NCBI GenBank assembly: GCA_963806855.1
Contig: CAWDYW010000001.1
Coordinates: forward strand, 864,001 to 928,000
Reading direction: 5' to 3'
DNA from: an uncultured Verrucomicrobiae bacterium
GTDB lineage: Bacteria > Chlamydiota > Chlamydiia > Chlamydiales > Rhabdochlamydiaceae
Length of the DNA: 64,000 nt
Shown: piece by piece, positions 59,467-64,000 of the stretch
Layout: every line of letters begins with the position of its first letter
Position numbering within the stretch: the first letter of the stretch is position 1
Notes under the pieces: model-generated
What the model saw: only the letters and a program-made list of their open reading frames with translations
The model's database searches: none
What the model was told of the DNA's origin: nothing
Position numbers and translations under genes: made by a program

Positions 59467-60305
59467 ATGCCAACTATTATGAATATTGCAGCGCCTCAAA
59501 ATATTTCTGCTTATCCAGGAGCAAGCTCCTTACAGTCTCAATCTATTCAGGCTGTTAAGAGTTGCTTTGCTGAAGTTCTGTTTAGCTCGCTAGCTACAGG
59601 AGCTGCATGTCTATTTGCAGCGACTCCACAAGTGGCTGTCTCACTTATTGTATTGACTGTAGCGATTTTAGCAATCAACGCTTTTCAAGAATGGCAGCAG
59701 TCTTTTTTGGAGGAGACTCCGCTAGCCAAGTAAAATCGAAAGAAAAGACGGATTTAGTTCTCTTGGAGAAACGTGCAGAATGATTCCCCCCTTCACCCAC
59801 GCTTTGCTCTATGGAACAACAGGGAATATATTGATTCATGAAAGCGGGCATTATGCAGCAGTTTCTTTGATACACACTCAATGCTAAACCTCAAATTGCA
59901 ATCGACGATTTATTTATGGGATCAACAACATGGATAACTGGTAAATATACGGCATTTGGAAAGCTTTTGGGACCATTAAATTCCAGATTGCTGATTGCTG
60001 CAGCGGGACCTTTAGTTGCAATCTGCTTTGCTGCTATTGGGATTATCGTAGCTCTTCAATTAGGTGAAAAATATCCTGATCTAAGCAAAAGTATTTTTTT
60101 CTCTTCAAATTTTTCAATTGTTGGGCATGTCAGTTATGCCTTATCGGCTTTCGCAGCTGATCCAAAAGACCTTGCTCATGACTTCGTAATGCTGTGGCGC
60201 TGTGGGCTTCACCCGCTGGTCTCAGTTATGTCTCTTATAGCTATTCCTACAATTGCTGTTCTAGTATATTTATATAATAAAAATCAATTTTATAAAACAA
60301 TTTAA
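59467..60305 (+). pseudogene. Frameshifted M50-family (site-2-like) membrane metallopeptidase
   Basis: Three frames: TM N-terminus (59467-59733), ILIHESGHYAA at ~59828-59860, IAAAGP...HD in 59916-60305. Confidence 0.65.
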
Positions 60306-60380
60306 TTTAATATTTAGCATTCATATATATTATCTAATTCGATATACTTCTTCCAAGGTAATTTAAAAACACAGGAAAGT

Positions 60381-62057
60381 ATGAGCTTAGAAGCAAATAA
60401 TTTTAAAATTTCTGAACCGGACTATTTTCACAGAGAATATAAGAATGACCTTCCACAAGAGGAGTCAGGGAACTATTATGTCGATCAATGCAAACGGATC
60501 ACATCAGTAGCATTGCCATTTCTGAGTTTGTATAAACCGTTTGGATTTACTCTTTCGCTGACTCTTGGAGGTTTGCGCTCATTTACTTCACTTTCACAAC
60601 TCTTGACTGAAATTCAAAATGGGGGGTTGAATGAATGCTCTTACGCGCTTCTCCAGACTCTACTTTCAGTTATTGCCTTAACCGGAACTATTTTAGCTCA
60701 TCCATTTGGGATGCTTATTACTACAGTTCATGATTGTGCATTAGATTGTTTTGCTGTTGGGAATAATCTTTATTTAGGCAATTTTCAAGGTGCTATAGGA
60801 AACTCAGCAAATTTAATGAACAACACCCTGTATCTTGCACTCTTTTTACACGGGGGTCTAGAAATAGCGATAGCTTCATTGGCTATGCAGATCTTAATTG
60901 GTCTTTCGCAATCAGCTTCCGAATATCAAAAAGGCAATTACCTTGAAGCAAGTGGCCATATGCTAATGGGCATGATCCGAGGCAATCAATTGGGCGGGCA
61001 AGTCCGAATGCTTCAGATGAAATGGGAAATTGAAAAAGTTTTGAATAAACCACAAGCTCGTTCAACTGCTTCCTTCCAGTTGAAATCTTCAGCAGAAATT
61101 TGTCCCCAACAAGTGGACAAAGAGATGGTCATAAAGGCTGCAACGTCAGAAAATAGTGAATTGATCCACATTTTGGTAAAATATAGCAATAATCCTGATG
61201 GCCTCCCATCTCTTTTATATGCAGCTAAGCTAGGGGATTTCAAAGCTGTTAAACTGCTGCTTCAATATGATGCAAATCTCTTCACAAAAGATTCAAGTGG
61301 TAACACTGCTCTTCCTTATGCGATGTTTTCTAAAAACACAGAGATGGTCAAATTTTTTCTAAATAAGGGTATTGACCCAAATACAGGGATTTGTTTTAGC
61401 AGCGGAATTTGGTGTGAAGTGATAAAACAAAACGATGTTAAATCATTTGAGGTTCTTATTTCTCATGGCCTTAAGTTGAATTCTGTTTACTATGATGACT
61501 TTAATGCTCCCGCTTTCAATTCTATCCAATTTGGCAGTTTAGATCTTTTAAAACTCATCCTCGACCACGGAGGAGATGTCCCTAAAACTCTATGGTGTCT
61601 TCCAAATCCAGCTTTATGGGCTGTTTCTGGAGATCTTCCTGAGAAGAGGAAAGAGAAATTTGAATGCTTCAAATGGCTTGTTGCAGAAAAAATCTTAATT
61701 CTAAACAAAGAAGATGATTTTAATATTCCGAACTCATATCCAGAGTTTGTTGAATATTTATTGGATCATGGCTATATAAATATCAACCAAAAATCCTTAT
61801 TGCAACTTTCTTTCAACAAACCGGATGTTCTTAGACTTGTAATACAAAAAGGCGCTGATATAAAAGAAGGGCATACTGTATTACATGATGCGGTATCTGC
61901 CTGGGGTTGGATTTCGGTATCATATCTTGAGTCTATTAAAATTCTTATAGAAAGCGGGGTTAATGTTAATTCCAAGGACAGTAATGGGCAAACGCCATTA
62001 GCAAAAGCTAAAGATAAAAAAATTAAAGATTTATTAATTAAATATGGAGCCGTTTAA
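60381..62057 (+). CDS. Ankyrin repeat protein with N-terminal hydrophobic region
   Basis: L.YAAKLG....VKLLL...A, KDSSGNTAL, GHTVLHDA, VNSKDSNGQTPL. Confidence 0.85.
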   Translation: MSLEANNFKISEPDYFHREYKNDLPQEESGNYYVDQCKRITSVALPFLSLYKPFGFTLSLTLGGLRSFTSLSQLLTEIQNGGLNECSYALLQTLLSVIALTGTILAHPFGMLITTVHDCALDCFAVGNNLYLGNFQGAIGNSANLMNNTLYLALFLHGGLEIAIASLAMQILIGLSQSASEYQKGNYLEASGHMLMGMIRGNQLGGQVRMLQMKWEIEKVLNKPQARSTASFQLKSSAEICPQQVDKEMVIKAATSENSELIHILVKYSNNPDGLPSLLYAAKLGDFKAVKLLLQYDANLFTKDSSGNTALPYAMFSKNTEMVKFFLNKGIDPNTGICFSSGIWCEVIKQNDVKSFEVLISHGLKLNSVYYDDFNAPAFNSIQFGSLDLLKLILDHGGDVPKTLWCLPNPALWAVSGDLPEKRKEKFECFKWLVAEKILILNKEDDFNIPNSYPEFVEYLLDHGYININQKSLLQLSFNKPDVLRLVIQKGADIKEGHTVLHDAVSAWGWISVSYLESIKILIESGVNVNSKDSNGQTPLAKAKDKKIKDLLIKYGAV

Positions 62058-62072
62058 TAAAACAATTTTTTA

Positions 62073-62780
62073 TTGAAACCATATTTTGATAAGAATAGAC
62101 TTGAAAGAGCCCAACTTCAAGCTAAAGCGCTTACACAAGATACGATCATTCCGCTGGAAAGTGCCCCAGAACTTCCCGATCACCAGCTTAAGCTTTACTT
62201 CGACATTGAAGGGAACCCTCTCTTAGACATAGACTATCTCTTTGGGATCTGGGTCAGTGGCGATCCAAATCAGCTATATGCCCCTAAAAATAATGCCCGA
62301 TTTTGCGAAGGTGAAGAGGGCTATTTCGTTTACTTCCTTGCCGAACATCCCAACGAAGAGAAAGCGATGTTGAGAGCATTTTTGGAATGGGTGGCCGCCC
62401 TTCCTGACGAATATTCTATTTACCACTACGCGAATTATGAAAAGGCACACCTCCGGAAGCTAAGCGATTAATATGGTGGCTCTGAGGCTCTGGAGACATT
62501 CCAAAGCAACTTAAACGATCTCCAAAAAATTGTAGAGCAATCCGTCATATTCCCTCTCTATTCCTACTCCATCAAAGATCTCGCTAAGTCCCGCTTCATC
62601 GACTTCAAGTGGCGACATCAAAAAGCAGGTGGCGGCCAAAGCGTCTTCTGGTATGATTAATGGCTTGCAACCGGCGATAAAGCTATCCTCGAAGACATCA
62701 TCAATTACAATGAGGATGACGTCCGCGCAACGGAAGCTCTGTATCAATGGCTAAAACCAAAAGGAAGTAAAGTTTTCTGA
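62073..62780 (+). pseudogene. Truncated TM0106-family (RecB-like) nuclease C-terminal RNase H-like domain with two in-frame TAA
   Basis: YFDIEG.P, YLFG, IYHYA.YEK, P..SYSIK, YNEDDVRAT in one frame; TAA at 62469 and 62658. Confidence 0.8.
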
Positions 62781-62784
62781 TATT

Positions 62785-63723
62785 ATGAAAAAAGAATGGA
62801 CTCCAATGACATTGAGGGCTTTAAAAGAAAATCATCCTAAAATACTGGATAAATTTGAAGCCCTTGCAAAGCCATATTGCACAAGACTTTTTGATCTTGG
62901 GGAAGAGCACAAAGGGATTCCCGATTTCATTGGAAGTGGGACTTTTGTGCAGATTGGAGGTCGCCCAGGAATTCTTACCAATCATCATGTTGCAATGATA
63001 TTTGGAGTAAAAAATCGAAGCTGGGTTTATGTTCCGGGCTACAGATCGGAAAAGATAAGGGGGCTTAAATTAAAATCTATTATTTCATTGCCTCATTATC
63101 CAGCTGACTGGGAAATCAGAGGTCTTGATATTTCATTTATTGAATTAGATTCAGAAGCTGCTGTATTGGATCTAGGGTATCAAATCTGGGACCTTGATAA
63201 GTCAACGGAAAATCACTTTTTAAATAAAATAAATTTAAAGAAGAAAGGTGCTGTTAATAATTGGCTTTGGGGATTTGAAGCAACTCCAAGTGAAGAGATT
63301 TCAAAACAAGGAAATATCCTTTGCTTTGAGCAGGCTGGATTTCACTTTCTGAGACCTGATAAACCTGATTTTTTTGAGGCAACAGCAAGAAGTTCAAAGG
63401 GTGATTTTCTGAAACGAGCAGATGAATATTATTGTGAAATCAATCGCGACGGAGTAGATGGACCAATTTTACCTAAGTCATGGAGCGGTACAAGCGGCAG
63501 TGCGGTATGGAAAGGAATTGGTGAAATCCCTTCGGAAACCATTGCTAATTTTGATTTGGCTGGAGTTCAAGCTGAAGAAATAAGATGGGTGGGTCCTGCT
63601 GTAGCAGTGGTATTTAGAGGCGCATATTCTTTATACGACACTTTTTATACATTTTGCTCACACTATCTTTTGCATCAAGAAGAAGTAGCTGCGCTTAAGT
63701 ATGCTGGCTTCGTTAATGAATAA
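62785..63723 (+). CDS. Trypsin-like serine protease domain protein
   Basis: GSGTFV...GILTNHHV (His), LDISFIEL (Asp), GTSGSAVW (Ser). Confidence 0.7.
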   Translation: MKKEWTPMTLRALKENHPKILDKFEALAKPYCTRLFDLGEEHKGIPDFIGSGTFVQIGGRPGILTNHHVAMIFGVKNRSWVYVPGYRSEKIRGLKLKSIISLPHYPADWEIRGLDISFIELDSEAAVLDLGYQIWDLDKSTENHFLNKINLKKKGAVNNWLWGFEATPSEEISKQGNILCFEQAGFHFLRPDKPDFFEATARSSKGDFLKRADEYYCEINRDGVDGPILPKSWSGTSGSAVWKGIGEIPSETIANFDLAGVQAEEIRWVGPAVAVVFRGAYSLYDTFYTFCSHYLLHQEEVAALKYAGFVNE

Positions 63724-63745
63724 TAGAGGTACCTCTAGATAGAAT

Positions 63746-64000
63746 TCATTTGCAATCAACATTCACCAGAAGATTTTTTAAGTCCTTGCTCATATTCTTA
63801 ACTGTTCCAGGAGGCTTTTCAAGCTGGCGAAGACCTCCATAAGAATTACACAAAGCAGCGCTGTGGATAATGTCCTTTAATAAAGAAGGAATTTTTTCTC
63901 CTAATGTCGAGGACAGATTATGATTTAATAGCTCTTTATGTGCTTTAAATTGAAAATTGCATTTTGCATCTCCCACACCAGGAGTTATATTAAAATCGCA
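63746..64000 (-). CDS. Partial hypothetical protein (continues beyond window)
   Basis: Frame is open from the window edge to the stop at 63746. Confidence 0.45.
   Translation of the reverse strand, partial: CDFNITPGVGDAKCNFQFKAHKELLNHNLSSTLGEKIPSLLKDIIHSAALCNSYGGLRQLEKPPGTVKNMSKDLKNLLVNVDCK

Larger units (their letters stand above)
56900..64000. mobile_element. Decayed genomic island downstream of tRNA-Asn (right end not seen)
   Basis: tRNA-adjacent, repeated units, TOPRIM and HTH remnants, pseudogenes, AT-rich cargo; no integrase in window. Confidence 0.6.

Overview
Chromosomal segment from an environmental member of the phylum Chlamydiota (inferred from chlamydial gene order: tilS-ftsH, pnp-rpsO-tadA, rpmE-prfA-prmC-ffh-rpsP-trmD-rplS-rnhB-gmk-omega-metG, phnP-hflX; a citrate synthase is present, which Chlamydiaceae lack). 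Most of 3.4-43 kb is housekeeping genes, interrupted by AT-richer accessory genes. The main unusual features are: (1) four 150-170 bp near-perfect palindromic elements, three of which share sequence modules; (2) a 152-bp duplicate of the citrate synthase 3' end that differs only at synonymous sites and brackets a foreign kinase-like gene; (3) an AAA ATPase closely resembling eukaryotic mitochondrial ATAD3; (4) a decayed island after tRNA-Asn, built of tandem units (TGT-N11-ACA palindrome, promoter, Inc-like cargo gene, TOPRIM primase remnant) and followed by pseudogenes, an ankyrin protein and a trypsin-like protease; (5) a one-base frameshift in ftsH; (6) a Gly/Cys-rich autotransporter. Product calls come from recognising motifs by eye; no database searches were run.
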